From contig JAHDDK010000017.1 in the NCBI GenBank assembly GCA_020629375.1, positions 78 through 64,077 of the forward strand: a DNA stretch of 64,000 nucleotides. The letters are read 5' to 3'. The translations under genes were made by a program, and so were the position numbers. The notes beneath the pieces were generated by a model. It saw only the letters and a list, made by a program, of their open reading frames with translations, was not told where the DNA came from and did not search any database. Below, piece after piece: positions 54,254 through 64,000 of this stretch; the first letter of the stretch is position 1, and each line of letters starts with the position of its first letter. The stretch is from Acidimicrobiales bacterium. GTDB taxonomy: Bacteria; Actinomycetota; Acidimicrobiia; Acidimicrobiales; SHLQ01.

Positions 54254-54892
54254 TCAGTCGAGGCGGAGGTCGAAATCGAAGCGGTAATTGCCGACCGGAT
54301 CACCGTTGGGGAAAACCGTCCCGCTGATCGAGATCTCTGTTTGAACGACCTGTCCTCGGGCGCCGAGATACGCGCCGGTTCCGCCGGTCACGACCCGGGT
54401 CGTTACGGCTACTCCATCGCTGGTTGACTCAAGTCCCTGGGTTGTGAGCAGGTCGCCAGGAAACGGATCCGTCTCGGTGATCAGCCCAAAGAGGAACTCC
54501 TGCTGGGTCACCAGGTGAGGATTCGGACGCTGAGGGTGGAGGATGACGTGCCCGCGGCAGAACCATTGCCCGATCGCGCCGTCTGTCGTCGGGATGAATC
54601 CATCACCGGCGATCGTCCCGCCCGGGTAGATCAATCCCTCCAGATAGAAGGGAGATCCACGCAGATCGAACTCTTCGAGACCGGCATCCTCTCCGAGTAG
54701 CTGCGGCATCGGTGCAACGCGACCCGTCTCCCCGATGGGGGCGACGTCGAGCGTCAACATCGACGTCTGAGCTGCGGCGCTGGGCGCCAGTGACAGGCCA
54801 GCACCGACTCCCACCGCTCCTCCGACGGCGGCCCCGAGTCCGAGCGCCGACCTTCGACTCAGCCCCCTCGATGATTCGTCCAGATTGGTCAT
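54254..54892 (-). CDS. Tat-signal secreted protein, allene-oxide-cyclase/dirigent-like barrel (tentative)
   Basis: Twin-arginine signal SRRSALGLGAAV...AAAQ. The C-terminal VTGGTGAYLGARG motif resembles AOC/dirigent-like domains. Confidence 0.45.
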   Translation of the reverse strand: MTNLDESSRGLSRRSALGLGAAVGGAVGVGAGLSLAPSAAAQTSMLTLDVAPIGETGRVAPMPQLLGEDAGLEEFDLRGSPFYLEGLIYPGGTIAGDGFIPTTDGAIGQWFCRGHVILHPQRPNPHLVTQQEFLFGLITETDPFPGDLLTTQGLESTSDGVAVTTRVVTGGTGAYLGARGQVVQTEISISGTVFPNGDPVGNYRFDFDLRLD

Positions 54893-54983
54893 GGTGCTTC
54901 TGCCTTTCTTCTGCTCTTCTCTGGAGTTCTTCGTGCACGACGTTCCGGAGGCGGCGGTCCCGCTCCGGACAACTCATCGGCGA

Positions 54984-57900
54984 TCACGGATCACCGGGTT
55001 CGAGAACTGGGAACGCCGGACAGGTCGACGGAACAGGCTCCTCAGCGACTCCGAACTGCACCCACTCAGCCGCTGTGAGGTTGCGGCCCGCTGCATCGCA
55101 CGCCATCTCGATCCATCGAGACGGGTCGAGGTCCCAGACGAGCCCGTACCCATCCGTGAACGATGTCGCATATCGACCGTCCGAGCTCACGTTTGTCGCG
55201 ACCTCCGGATCGCCCGGTAGTGGTTGTCCGATTGCCATCCCGGTGGCGACATCGAAGACTCGCGGGCGACCATCCAGGTTGGCCACGAGTCGAGACCCGT
55301 CCGGCGTCACGGCGAGCGGGGCGTAGCTCTGAAGGCCGGAGGTCGCTCCGACGAATTCGCGACCCCGAGGTCGGAAGGACGACCCATCACGCTCGGAGAT
55401 CACGCCGTCATCTCCGGCCGTGAACAGCGCATCGCCCGTCGGCGAGAAGCGCACGGCGGTCACTTGACCGTTGCCTTCAGCGATGAGCCGCTCGAAACGA
55501 AGCGTCTTCGCATCGAACGCGGCGGCGCGCCCGTCGGACGCTGCAATGACAACCACCTCGCCACCCGGGTCCAAGGCGAATCCAACGACGTTGTCGGATC
55601 CGTTTGTGGCGAAGTAGTCCGACTCGGCGAGCACCTCACCCGACGCCACGTCAATGAGTTCCACAAGAGGTGGCCCAGGTTGTCCGTAGCCCACGAAGAA
55701 CCGATTGTCCGAAGAATCGAAGAGCCCAGACCACGCACTCTGGCGGTTGACGGTGATCTCGGTCATGGACAGGTCGTCGGCGTCGAGGAGATGGACGCCT
55801 CGAGCGTCGGCGAACGCAGCGGGCCCGAAGACGTCCAGCAGCAACCGTCCAGCCGCGCCGAACTCCACACGCGAGACGAGTGGCTCCAACTCCACAAGTA
55901 CGGCGTTCTGACGCTGACCTTCCATCGAAGTTGCGCGGGTTCCATCGTTCGAGACGAGAAACTCGAAGGGGTCAGACAGCGGAACGGCCCGCGCCACGAG
56001 TCGACGACCATCGAGCGAGAAGACTCGTAATCGCGAGCCGGCGACGGCGAGGGTCTCCCCTGTGGGCGAGATCGAAACGGGCACGCCACCCGGACTCAGC
56101 TCGTCTCCTAGATCGACCTCGCGGTCGGCGGAACTGTCGACCTCCATCGTCCGAAAAACACCCGTCGGCAACCCCAACACGAACATCCCGTCGTGGAAGT
56201 CGAGCCCAAAGCCTGTCCGTCCGCCCGACGTGATCTGCTGCGAGATGCGCAGCTCGCCCACTTGTCTCATGGACCCTGCGTCAACCTCGACGAGGTAGCT
56301 CTCCGTCGCAGCGACGATCGTGTCGTCGGACACCCACCGGATCGTGGTCGGGCGACCCGGTCCTCGACCTTGTGACTCGATCAGCCGCGGCCGGGTGACC
56401 GAAACGTCGCCGATTCTGTCGAGATCGAGATCGTGTACCCGGATCGAAACTCCGCCAGCCGTTGCGACTCGTGTGCCGGTCTGATCGAAGGCAATATCGG
56501 CAACGCCGCCAGGGAAGTCGAGAGGCTCATGCGCCGAGGCGCCAACATCGACGTCCATGGCTTCGAAGTCCGTTTCGGGATGGGCGAGAGCCGTACCAAT
56601 GAGTCTTGGCTGCCCCTGGACGGACCACAGTTCGAGTGTTCCGCGCTCCGTGCCGGCGGCGAGCAACGTTCCGTCGGGCGAGAAGGCGAGGGCGCCGACC
56701 GGCCCTCCGGTGTCGAGGTGCGCGACCACAGTGAGTCTGCGGTCGAAGAGTTGGACCCCGGAGGCAAGGTCGGCGACGGCGATGAGGGCCGAGTTCGACG
56801 ACGACGCGAGGGCACCGCGACTCTGGACCTCCGCGACATGAGCTGTTCCGGCTTCAAGATCGACGAGTTCGACCGTTCCTCGACTCAGCGCTACGACCGC
56901 AGAGGCCCCCACCCAGTCGACGTCGAGAACATCACCTTCTGATCCGTGTGCGCCGAGAAAGGAGCCGAGCCCGACGAGAACCTCGTGGAGCGCACCGAGC
57001 GACTCAGGACCCGGATCTCGTCGGTGCGCTTCAACGGCGAGGAGGAGTGCCGTTTCTCGGTTCGTCTCGACAAGGCGCGCCGCCGACGAGCTCATGCGAC
57101 GTGCATCGGCCACCGTTCGTTCGGCTTCGGCCACGAGTCGTTGATCTCGCTCCCGCCCTTGCGCTCCGATTGCAAAGATCGCAGCTGCGAGGGCGGTCAC
57201 GAGCAGCACAGCTGCAACCCTCAGCGCGTGGCCGAGCCGACGGTTCCGCCCTTCGATGAGCTCGGCGACCGCCCGTTCGGCGGCACGTTCGGCCTCAGCA
57301 GCGTGCGTGCTCGCTTCGATCAGGTCGTGTTCGTCGGCCGAAAGAGTTGCACCCCGTTCGACCAGTTCGACGGCTGATGCGAGACGTGCGCCTCGGATGA
57401 GCTCGGCATCGTCTCGTCCTGCGTCGACCCATGCGTGGGTTCGCTCTGCGATGACTCGCTCCAGACGCAAGTGCTCGAGATCCTCGTCGATCCATTGGCG
57501 AAGTCGTGGCCAACCGTCGAAGAGCGCTTCATGCGCGATCTCGATCGTGGGAGCTCGGGTGAACGGGTCGGTGTCGGTGGTCAACAACCGAGCGTCGATG
57601 AAGGCCTCGATGACCTCCTTCATGCTGGCTGGAACATCTGCGCGTTGCGTCCGACGACGGGTGAGCCGGTCCTCGTATCCCAAGTGCACTAGTCGCCGCA
57701 TGAATCGGCGGAGGCCCGACCGTTCGGCATCGTCGAGATCGTCATGGAGCGCCTCGGCACGTGCTGCCAAAGACGCCATCAACCCGCCGATGCGCTCATA
57801 GGCGTCGAGGGTCAGGACATACGTGCCACTTCGGTCCGCCTCCCGCCAGAGCTCGGACAGACAGAACTGGAGAAGTGGGAGGGAGGCCGTCGCACCGCTG

Positions 57901-60017
57901 GTATCAGCCAGCAACGTGGACACGAGCGCAGCATCGACTCGCCCCCCAGCCAGACGTGCGGGTTGGGTGATAGCGGCTTCGAGGTCGCCCGGCTCCATCG
58001 CCCGAATCGGAACAATGCCGTCCTGGCAGAGCGACCCAAGGCGCGGCCAACGAAGCGCTTCGTCGAAGAAGTCCGATCGCAACGTGGCGACGACTCGTAC
58101 ATCGACCTCGTTGCTGTGGACCATTCGATGGAGTTCGTCGACGAAGGTCTGTGCGTCGACGGGGTGGGCGAGCGTGAAGAGTTCTTCGAGCTGGTCCACG
58201 AGCAGGTTCACGGTCCCGCCGTCGGACGACATTGCCGCGATCCGTTGGACAAGAGGCCCGTGATTCTCGACCGTTTCGATCGATCGAAGTGCGGTCTCGA
58301 GTGCGGCCACCGGATCGGATCCGGGTTCCATCCGGACGATCCAGCCCTCGTCGGATGCGCGTTGCCGTCGGATCGCCGGGAGTACGCCGGCTCGGGCGAT
58401 CGACGATTTCCCCGCACCTGATGGCCCGACGATCACGATGAAGGGGGCTCCGCGACTGAGGCGGGCAACCACCGTGTCGACAGCGAGGCTTCGTCCGAAG
58501 AAGTACCGGGAATCGTGCTCATCGAAGGCTGCGAGGCCGACGTACGGAGTGGTCGACGAGGCCCCTGTCGAGCTGGGTGTCCGCGGGCCGAGCACCGACT
58601 CGATCGTTCGGTGTACATCGACGAGCGTCAACGTGCCCGCGTGAGCCGCCTCGAGCGCCTCTGCCAGACGCCCGTCGATTTCCGGCGTCTGAGGAACGGC
58701 CCCAAGCAGTTGTTTGCCGAGCCGCGCAAACGCACGTGCATCATCCGTCTCGTTGACCGCACGTCCGAGAAGCTGTTGGACACCAATGCCGACGAGCGAC
58801 ACTCGTCCATCGTGGACCCGCACCGAAGATGCGTCGAGAGCGCCATGGAGCTGGCCGTCGGCTGCCGCCGCGAGAAGCACGGATGCGATCGCAGAGAGCA
58901 CCTCGAGAACGTCTCGGCCTTCGCGTCCCTCGATCCACTCCGCGCAGAGTGTCCCCCTGGATCCGCCGTGCACGACATAGATGGCTCCGTGCTCTCGCCA
59001 GACGTCGAGCAGGGGCACGTGCGCAGAGTGGGTGAAGCGCATGAGTCCTCGCGACGCGTGTGCGAGTGATCGAACGACGACGGGGTCGTCAGCGATCGGT
59101 GGCCTCACAATGGTCATCTCGCCGGTTGCATCGATGTGGTCAGCGATGCACGTCCATCGTTCGATCGGGCCCCGCCGTTCGATCAACTCCATGGGCCGAT
59201 AGCAGCGCGTTGGCGGAGTCGTCGTCGCCGTCGACAGCGCCTCGCCCTCCCTCAACGCTCGACCGAATTCCTCGAACTCGGCCGATGGTTCCAGCCCGGT
59301 CCGCTCGATGAGAAGCGACCGGTAGCGATCCAATGCCCGAACCGCATCCGCCGGACCGTGTACTCGCCGCCGAGCAACGAGCTCGAGCCGTCGAAACTCC
59401 TCGGACAGAGGCTCGGCTTCCAGCAGCAGACCAACGCGGGACAGTGCATCTTCAGGGCGGCCGCTTTCGATGCACGTACGCACCTCGAGCACCTGGTGTG
59501 CCGTTCGAATCCCGCGCAACCGGGTCACCTCGACACGGCACCAGGCCCGATCGCCCAAGTCACCGAAGGGCGCGCCGCGCCAGAGCGTCTCGGCGTCTTG
59601 TGACAACGCCGAACTTCGTCGGATGTCTCCCTGATCGAGTGCTTCACGAGCTCGAGAGACCAGAGCGTCGTATCGGGATGCGTCGAACTGCGAGTCGCTG
59701 ATCGTGAGTGTCAGCCCGACGGGTGACGAGACAATCCGATCACCGCCGATCGCCTTTCGGAGCTTGGACACGTAGGTCTGGAGGGTGCGTTCGGCGCGAT
59801 CGGGCGGCACACCGTCCCAAACCGCGTCCATGAGCACCGCGAGCGAGACGGGACGACCGGCATGAGCGAGGAGGCAGCCGAGGAGCACCCGCTGCCGAGG
59901 TCCTCCAATGGCCACCGCCTCCCCGCCTGACTGCACGGCGATGCCGCCGAGAACCCGGAACATCATCCCGGAGCCCACCACCGTTCGAGTCTCACCGGTT
60001 CCACCACCCTCGGTCAA
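54984..60017 (-). CDS. SARP (wHTH+BTAD) / degenerate kinase-like / STAND P-loop NTPase / TM helix / beta-propeller (WD40-like) multidomain regulator
   Basis: MMFRVLGG...LLGCLLAH...YVSKLRKAIG and the WRG..FGDL BTAD region mark the SARP module. Walker A GPSGAGKSS is at DNA 58402-58428. A hydrophobic helix LRVAAVLLVTALAAAIFAIGA is at about 57160-57235. About 720 aa of repeats (FSPDG, SPTG) follow, ending ...ACDAAGRNLTAAEW. The start is TTG 60017 (TTGA overlap with the upstream stop) or ATG 59966. Confidence 0.8.
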   Translation of the reverse strand: MTEGGGTGETRTVVGSGMMFRVLGGIAVQSGGEAVAIGGPRQRVLLGCLLAHAGRPVSLAVLMDAVWDGVPPDRAERTLQTYVSKLRKAIGGDRIVSSPVGLTLTISDSQFDASRYDALVSRAREALDQGDIRRSSALSQDAETLWRGAPFGDLGDRAWCRVEVTRLRGIRTAHQVLEVRTCIESGRPEDALSRVGLLLEAEPLSEEFRRLELVARRRVHGPADAVRALDRYRSLLIERTGLEPSAEFEEFGRALREGEALSTATTTPPTRCYRPMELIERRGPIERWTCIADHIDATGEMTIVRPPIADDPVVVRSLAHASRGLMRFTHSAHVPLLDVWREHGAIYVVHGGSRGTLCAEWIEGREGRDVLEVLSAIASVLLAAAADGQLHGALDASSVRVHDGRVSLVGIGVQQLLGRAVNETDDARAFARLGKQLLGAVPQTPEIDGRLAEALEAAHAGTLTLVDVHRTIESVLGPRTPSSTGASSTTPYVGLAAFDEHDSRYFFGRSLAVDTVVARLSRGAPFIVIVGPSGAGKSSIARAGVLPAIRRQRASDEGWIVRMEPGSDPVAALETALRSIETVENHGPLVQRIAAMSSDGGTVNLLVDQLEELFTLAHPVDAQTFVDELHRMVHSNEVDVRVVATLRSDFFDEALRWPRLGSLCQDGIVPIRAMEPGDLEAAITQPARLAGGRVDAALVSTLLADTSGATASLPLLQFCLSELWREADRSGTYVLTLDAYERIGGLMASLAARAEALHDDLDDAERSGLRRFMRRLVHLGYEDRLTRRRTQRADVPASMKEVIEAFIDARLLTTDTDPFTRAPTIEIAHEALFDGWPRLRQWIDEDLEHLRLERVIAERTHAWVDAGRDDAELIRGARLASAVELVERGATLSADEHDLIEASTHAAEAERAAERAVAELIEGRNRRLGHALRVAAVLLVTALAAAIFAIGAQGRERDQRLVAEAERTVADARRMSSSAARLVETNRETALLLAVEAHRRDPGPESLGALHEVLVGLGSFLGAHGSEGDVLDVDWVGASAVVALSRGTVELVDLEAGTAHVAEVQSRGALASSSNSALIAVADLASGVQLFDRRLTVVAHLDTGGPVGALAFSPDGTLLAAGTERGTLELWSVQGQPRLIGTALAHPETDFEAMDVDVGASAHEPLDFPGGVADIAFDQTGTRVATAGGVSIRVHDLDLDRIGDVSVTRPRLIESQGRGPGRPTTIRWVSDDTIVAATESYLVEVDAGSMRQVGELRISQQITSGGRTGFGLDFHDGMFVLGLPTGVFRTMEVDSSADREVDLGDELSPGGVPVSISPTGETLAVAGSRLRVFSLDGRRLVARAVPLSDPFEFLVSNDGTRATSMEGQRQNAVLVELEPLVSRVEFGAAGRLLLDVFGPAAFADARGVHLLDADDLSMTEITVNRQSAWSGLFDSSDNRFFVGYGQPGPPLVELIDVASGEVLAESDYFATNGSDNVVGFALDPGGEVVVIAASDGRAAAFDAKTLRFERLIAEGNGQVTAVRFSPTGDALFTAGDDGVISERDGSSFRPRGREFVGATSGLQSYAPLAVTPDGSRLVANLDGRPRVFDVATGMAIGQPLPGDPEVATNVSSDGRYATSFTDGYGLVWDLDPSRWIEMACDAAGRNLTAAEWVQFGVAEEPVPSTCPAFPVLEPGDP

Positions 60018-61024
60018 CTGCCCACTTCGGTGAAGAAGTCCCAGGCCACCCGAGCCCCGTCGAGGCCGGAGGTGTCGTACTTCTCGCCGAACCAGCGATT
60101 CTTGAGAACGTCGACGGCAACATGGCGGTGTAGAGCGCCATCAGGACAACCGTCGAAGTCGAACTGGATGCCGAGCTCACCGAAGTCGGATTCAGATGGG
60201 GTGGTGTCACAGCCGACCAGTCCAGCCATCTCCGTGAACGCCTCGAACACCCCCTTGTCGAGAATCTCGTTCACCCCAGGCACCTGCCGGAAATCCGAGG
60301 GCCCGTCTCCTGCATACGGGAAGCCTGGATTGTCGAGGCCATGGACGTGCATGACTGGTGTCGGCACGTCTGGAGTGCACCCGGGCGGAACGTACATGCC
60401 CCCCATCACGTAGGCGGTCTCGATCACGTCCGACGCCCCGCAGATCAGGGTCATCGAGAACATGGCTCCGAGCGCATCACCTGCGATTCGGATTCGATTG
60501 GCATCCACACACCAGTCATCGACGAGTACCGAAGCGAGATCTCGGAAGAATTCGACGTCGTCTCGGCCTTCTTCGTCGAAGTCGGGCACGATCTCCCAGT
60601 TCTTACCGATCGTCAACAAGGCGGGTCCGTCCAGCTCGGTGTCGAGGCCATTCGGATGAACGGAGAGGAAGTTCTCTTCCTCAGACAGCTCGTCGAATCC
60701 CGAATACGAGCGGAATGCGGCGGCGTTGTAGGTCAGCGAATGGAAGGCGACGACTGCGGGTCCCGTCTCCGTTTCGGTCCAGGACTCCGGAACGTGGATC
60801 TCGACGATGTACTCCTTTCCGCCCGACGAAATCACGAGCTCCTGCGAGCCTGTTCGAAGGGATGAACCGCACGCTGGCGGGGCAACCGTTGTGCTGGTCG
60901 TGCTCGTCGTCGACGTCGACGGTGTGATGGTCGACGTCGACGACGCGCTATCTGTCGGGGCCTCGGTCGAACCGCAGGCCGTGGCCAACACAACGATGAT
61001 GATCAGTGCATGCAAACGACGCAT
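60014..61024 (-). CDS. lipoprotein, LpqC/PHB-depolymerase-like alpha/beta-hydrolase fold, probably lacking the nucleophile Ser
   Basis: Lipobox VVLATACG plus a Ser/Thr-rich linker. VVAFHSL...FLSVHPNG resembles the LpqC family. The expected G-x-S-x-G position reads GDALG. Confidence 0.55.
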   Translation of the reverse strand: MRRLHALIIIVVLATACGSTEAPTDSASSTSTITPSTSTTSTTSTTVAPPACGSSLRTGSQELVISSGGKEYIVEIHVPESWTETETGPAVVAFHSLTYNAAAFRSYSGFDELSEEENFLSVHPNGLDTELDGPALLTIGKNWEIVPDFDEEGRDDVEFFRDLASVLVDDWCVDANRIRIAGDALGAMFSMTLICGASDVIETAYVMGGMYVPPGCTPDVPTPVMHVHGLDNPGFPYAGDGPSDFRQVPGVNEILDKGVFEAFTEMAGLVGCDTTPSESDFGELGIQFDFDGCPDGALHRHVAVDVLKNRWFGEKYDTSGLDGARVAWDFFTEVGS

Positions 61025-61137
61025 CGTGGAGTCCTCTCCCTCAGGGCACGGCGTTTCCGTGCTCAGGAGAAGACAACTGCGACGATGTTGCCAATCTGTT
61101 GCAAGCCCAATCCGGGCGTGCTTGCTGGGTGATCAGC

Positions 61138-62967
61138 TCACGAGATGGAGATGACCTGGGGGGACGTGCCGACGTCGACCGAGAAGTCGAATCGTTCACC
61201 GTCGTCGCAGGTCACGGCACGAAGATCGACCGCTCCGGCTGCCATCCGAACCGTTGTCGAAGCACCAGCGGGCAACGTGTCGTCGTCGAGTTCGTCGAGT
61301 CCGTAGTAGCTCGCCCAGTCGTGGCTCCAAAGCAGAAAACAGATCTCGGCGCCGGTGTCGTTGCGCAACTCGACCTCGGTCGAACCTGACACCGGGTCGG
61401 CGGCGACCGTGATCGACTCGCCGAAAAGGGGCTCGTCGTCCACGGCGATCAGCACTTCCCAACCGCCATCGGGGATACCCCCATCGTCCTGAGCACAGAC
61501 CCAGAACCCCTCGCCATCAGCGCCGAAGTCCCAGAGCTGATCGACCAGGGAGTAGTCCTCGACGAGGTCACCGTCGACGAACCACAGCGCCGACCATCGC
61601 ACGCCGTCGGCCATGTCGATCCAGTCGGCACTGAAACACAGTTCGGCAGCTCCGGCTTGCACGATCGCGAGATCGTCAACAGGGAATCCGGCAGTGTCGA
61701 TGCCGGTAGAGAAGATCGGTCGATAGAAGACCGCGTCACTGGGCGACCAATCGCTTCCCGGGACAGGTGTCGAGCGTTCCCACACTCGCTGTGGTGTGGC
61801 GCCATCTGCCTCGGCGAAGAGGCCCGCCGCCAAGGCGATGGGCCGGATGCCATTGATGAACCCGCCGATCGGGACGCACTGGTCGTCGTCGTCGACGGAC
61901 CCGTCGCCGTTCGTGTCGACGAGCACCCGGCAGTCGGCGACTTCGGATCCTTCGCCAGCACTCACCTGCGTGGGCACACCGATCAGGCGTCCGTCGTCGT
62001 CGATGGCCGCACCGCCGGAGTTACCACCGGCGATCGTGGCGTCGGTCTTGATCCATCCCCGGTCGACCGTTCCCGCCGCAGGGTCCTGGGTAAACCCGGA
62101 GATCGACCCGTCGGTGAAGGTGATCGTCTCGCCGCCGATGCCCGGGTAGCCGAGCACCCGGATCCGGTCGCCGAGATCGACGGCGTCGGAATCACCGAGC
62201 TCGATGAACGGGAACGACGCCGCCATCGGCTCGCCGTTGACCGACTCGGCGATCTGGAGGACGGCCAAGTCGAGCGCCGGGTCGACCGCGAGCACGTCGG
62301 CCCGATACACGACCTCGGGCACTTGATCGGCCCGGTCGATGACGCCGATCAGGATCTGGTCGTGCTCGCAGGGCGGTTGCGGGTCGATGACGTGGAAGTT
62401 GGTCAAGATCCGACCGCCAGCCGTCACGATCGAACCAGAACCCGAGCAGCTGGGCCGGCCGTCCTCGTCGGCGACGAGGATCTGGACGGTCGCCCGGGCG
62501 AGTTGCTCAATCGTCGGGGCGACAGGAACAGGTTCATCCGGTTGAACCGTCTCGCTCGAGTTGTCGGCCGGTTCGGTGGTCGACGGCGTCGACGTCGTCT
62601 GTTCGGCAATCGTGGTCGTCGTCGCGATCGGATCTGGAGCAGCGTCGTCGGTCCGACTCGAACGGGTCAGTGCAACGGACACGATCAAGCCAAGCAGCCC
62701 AAATCCAGCCGCCAACGCCACAACGACAAGAACCCAGACACCACCTCTGCCGCGTTTCGGGGATGGAGCGGGCACCGGTCGGACATTCAGCGAGTCGCTC
62801 GGAGCGCCGAACGACGGACCTTGTGGAGGAAGAGGCGGCGGGGTGATCGGACGTTGATCCGCCAAAGGGGTGTGCGGGGCCGGCGGAGGCTGCGGCGGTG
62901 GTGGCGTCGGCGCCGGTCGACCCTCAGGGTCTGGTGGTGGAGGTGGGGGCGATTCGACCATGTCCAT
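61138..62967 (-). CDS. membrane-anchored trypsin-like (S1C/HtrA-like) serine protease with C-terminal unknown domain
   Basis: Pro-rich N-terminus and one TM helix (VWVLVVVALAAGFGLLGLIV). Catalytic triad contexts are TNFHVI, DLAVLQI and GNSGGA. About 230 aa of unassigned C-terminal sequence follow. Confidence 0.8.
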   Translation of the reverse strand: MDMVESPPPPPPDPEGRPAPTPPPPQPPPAPHTPLADQRPITPPPLPPQGPSFGAPSDSLNVRPVPAPSPKRGRGGVWVLVVVALAAGFGLLGLIVSVALTRSSRTDDAAPDPIATTTTIAEQTTSTPSTTEPADNSSETVQPDEPVPVAPTIEQLARATVQILVADEDGRPSCSGSGSIVTAGGRILTNFHVIDPQPPCEHDQILIGVIDRADQVPEVVYRADVLAVDPALDLAVLQIAESVNGEPMAASFPFIELGDSDAVDLGDRIRVLGYPGIGGETITFTDGSISGFTQDPAAGTVDRGWIKTDATIAGGNSGGAAIDDDGRLIGVPTQVSAGEGSEVADCRVLVDTNGDGSVDDDDQCVPIGGFINGIRPIALAAGLFAEADGATPQRVWERSTPVPGSDWSPSDAVFYRPIFSTGIDTAGFPVDDLAIVQAGAAELCFSADWIDMADGVRWSALWFVDGDLVEDYSLVDQLWDFGADGEGFWVCAQDDGGIPDGGWEVLIAVDDEPLFGESITVAADPVSGSTEVELRNDTGAEICFLLWSHDWASYYGLDELDDDTLPAGASTTVRMAAGAVDLRAVTCDDGERFDFSVDVGTSPQVISIS

Positions 62968-63008
62968 CCAGGACCGTAGTTGCTCGCTCCGCTGCGACCT
63001 GCGTCAGC

Positions 63009-64000
<992 letters not shown>

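Noticed and set aside
53156-54427. 423-aa plus-strand ORF
   Set aside because: It is antisense to the azlD/azlC-like membrane protein genes. Its composition (Arg/Pro/Ser/Thr/Ala) has no domain signature.
54945-54970. Hairpins after stop codons as intrinsic terminators (54945-54970, 61046-61072, 24376-24396)
   Set aside because: The stems are only 6-7 bp and no U-tract follows. Termination cannot be supported from sequence alone, so these are not listed as features.

Overview
This is a high-GC, gene-dense chromosomal segment that looks actinobacterial, possibly Acidimicrobiia-like. I call about 60 protein-coding genes and see no rRNA, tRNA, CRISPR array, integrase or prophage.

Ordinary content:
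- t6A operon tsaD-rimI-tsaB-tsaE, with alr nearby
- VapBC toxin-antitoxin pair
- ABC-2 exporter next to a NarL-type two-component system
- BLUF photoreceptor plus AraC regulator pair
- LacI-controlled alpha-glucoside locus: GH13 glucosidase, solute-binding protein and two permeases
- GH1 beta-glucosidase operon
- several small catabolic operons, a RutB/RutA-like pair, class I FBA, an acyl-CoA dehydrogenase, a carboxylesterase, AzlCD and a partial monomeric isocitrate dehydrogenase

Four things stand out:
1. A 13-nt palindrome, GGGGTCWGACCCC, is present about 32 times by my manual count. It forms REP-like clusters at gene 3' ends. It is also embedded in 14 conserved coding sequences in four different reading contexts.
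2. A RAYT-type (IS200-like HUH/Y1) transposase gene sits directly beside one of those clusters.
3. An AhpD/CMD-family gene has its redox motif C-x-x-C-x-x-x-H interrupted by an in-frame TGA at the second Cys. It is followed by 116 further in-frame codons and an adjacent hairpin, making it a candidate selenoprotein.
4. A 1677-aa protein fuses a SARP DNA-binding module, a degenerate kinase-like domain, a STAND P-loop NTPase, one predicted TM helix and a large beta-propeller region. It lies downstream of a membrane-anchored trypsin-like protease and an apparently inactive LpqC-like lipoprotein.

Many very long ORFs in the supplied track are high-GC antisense or upstream-extension artefacts. I trimmed or rejected those.
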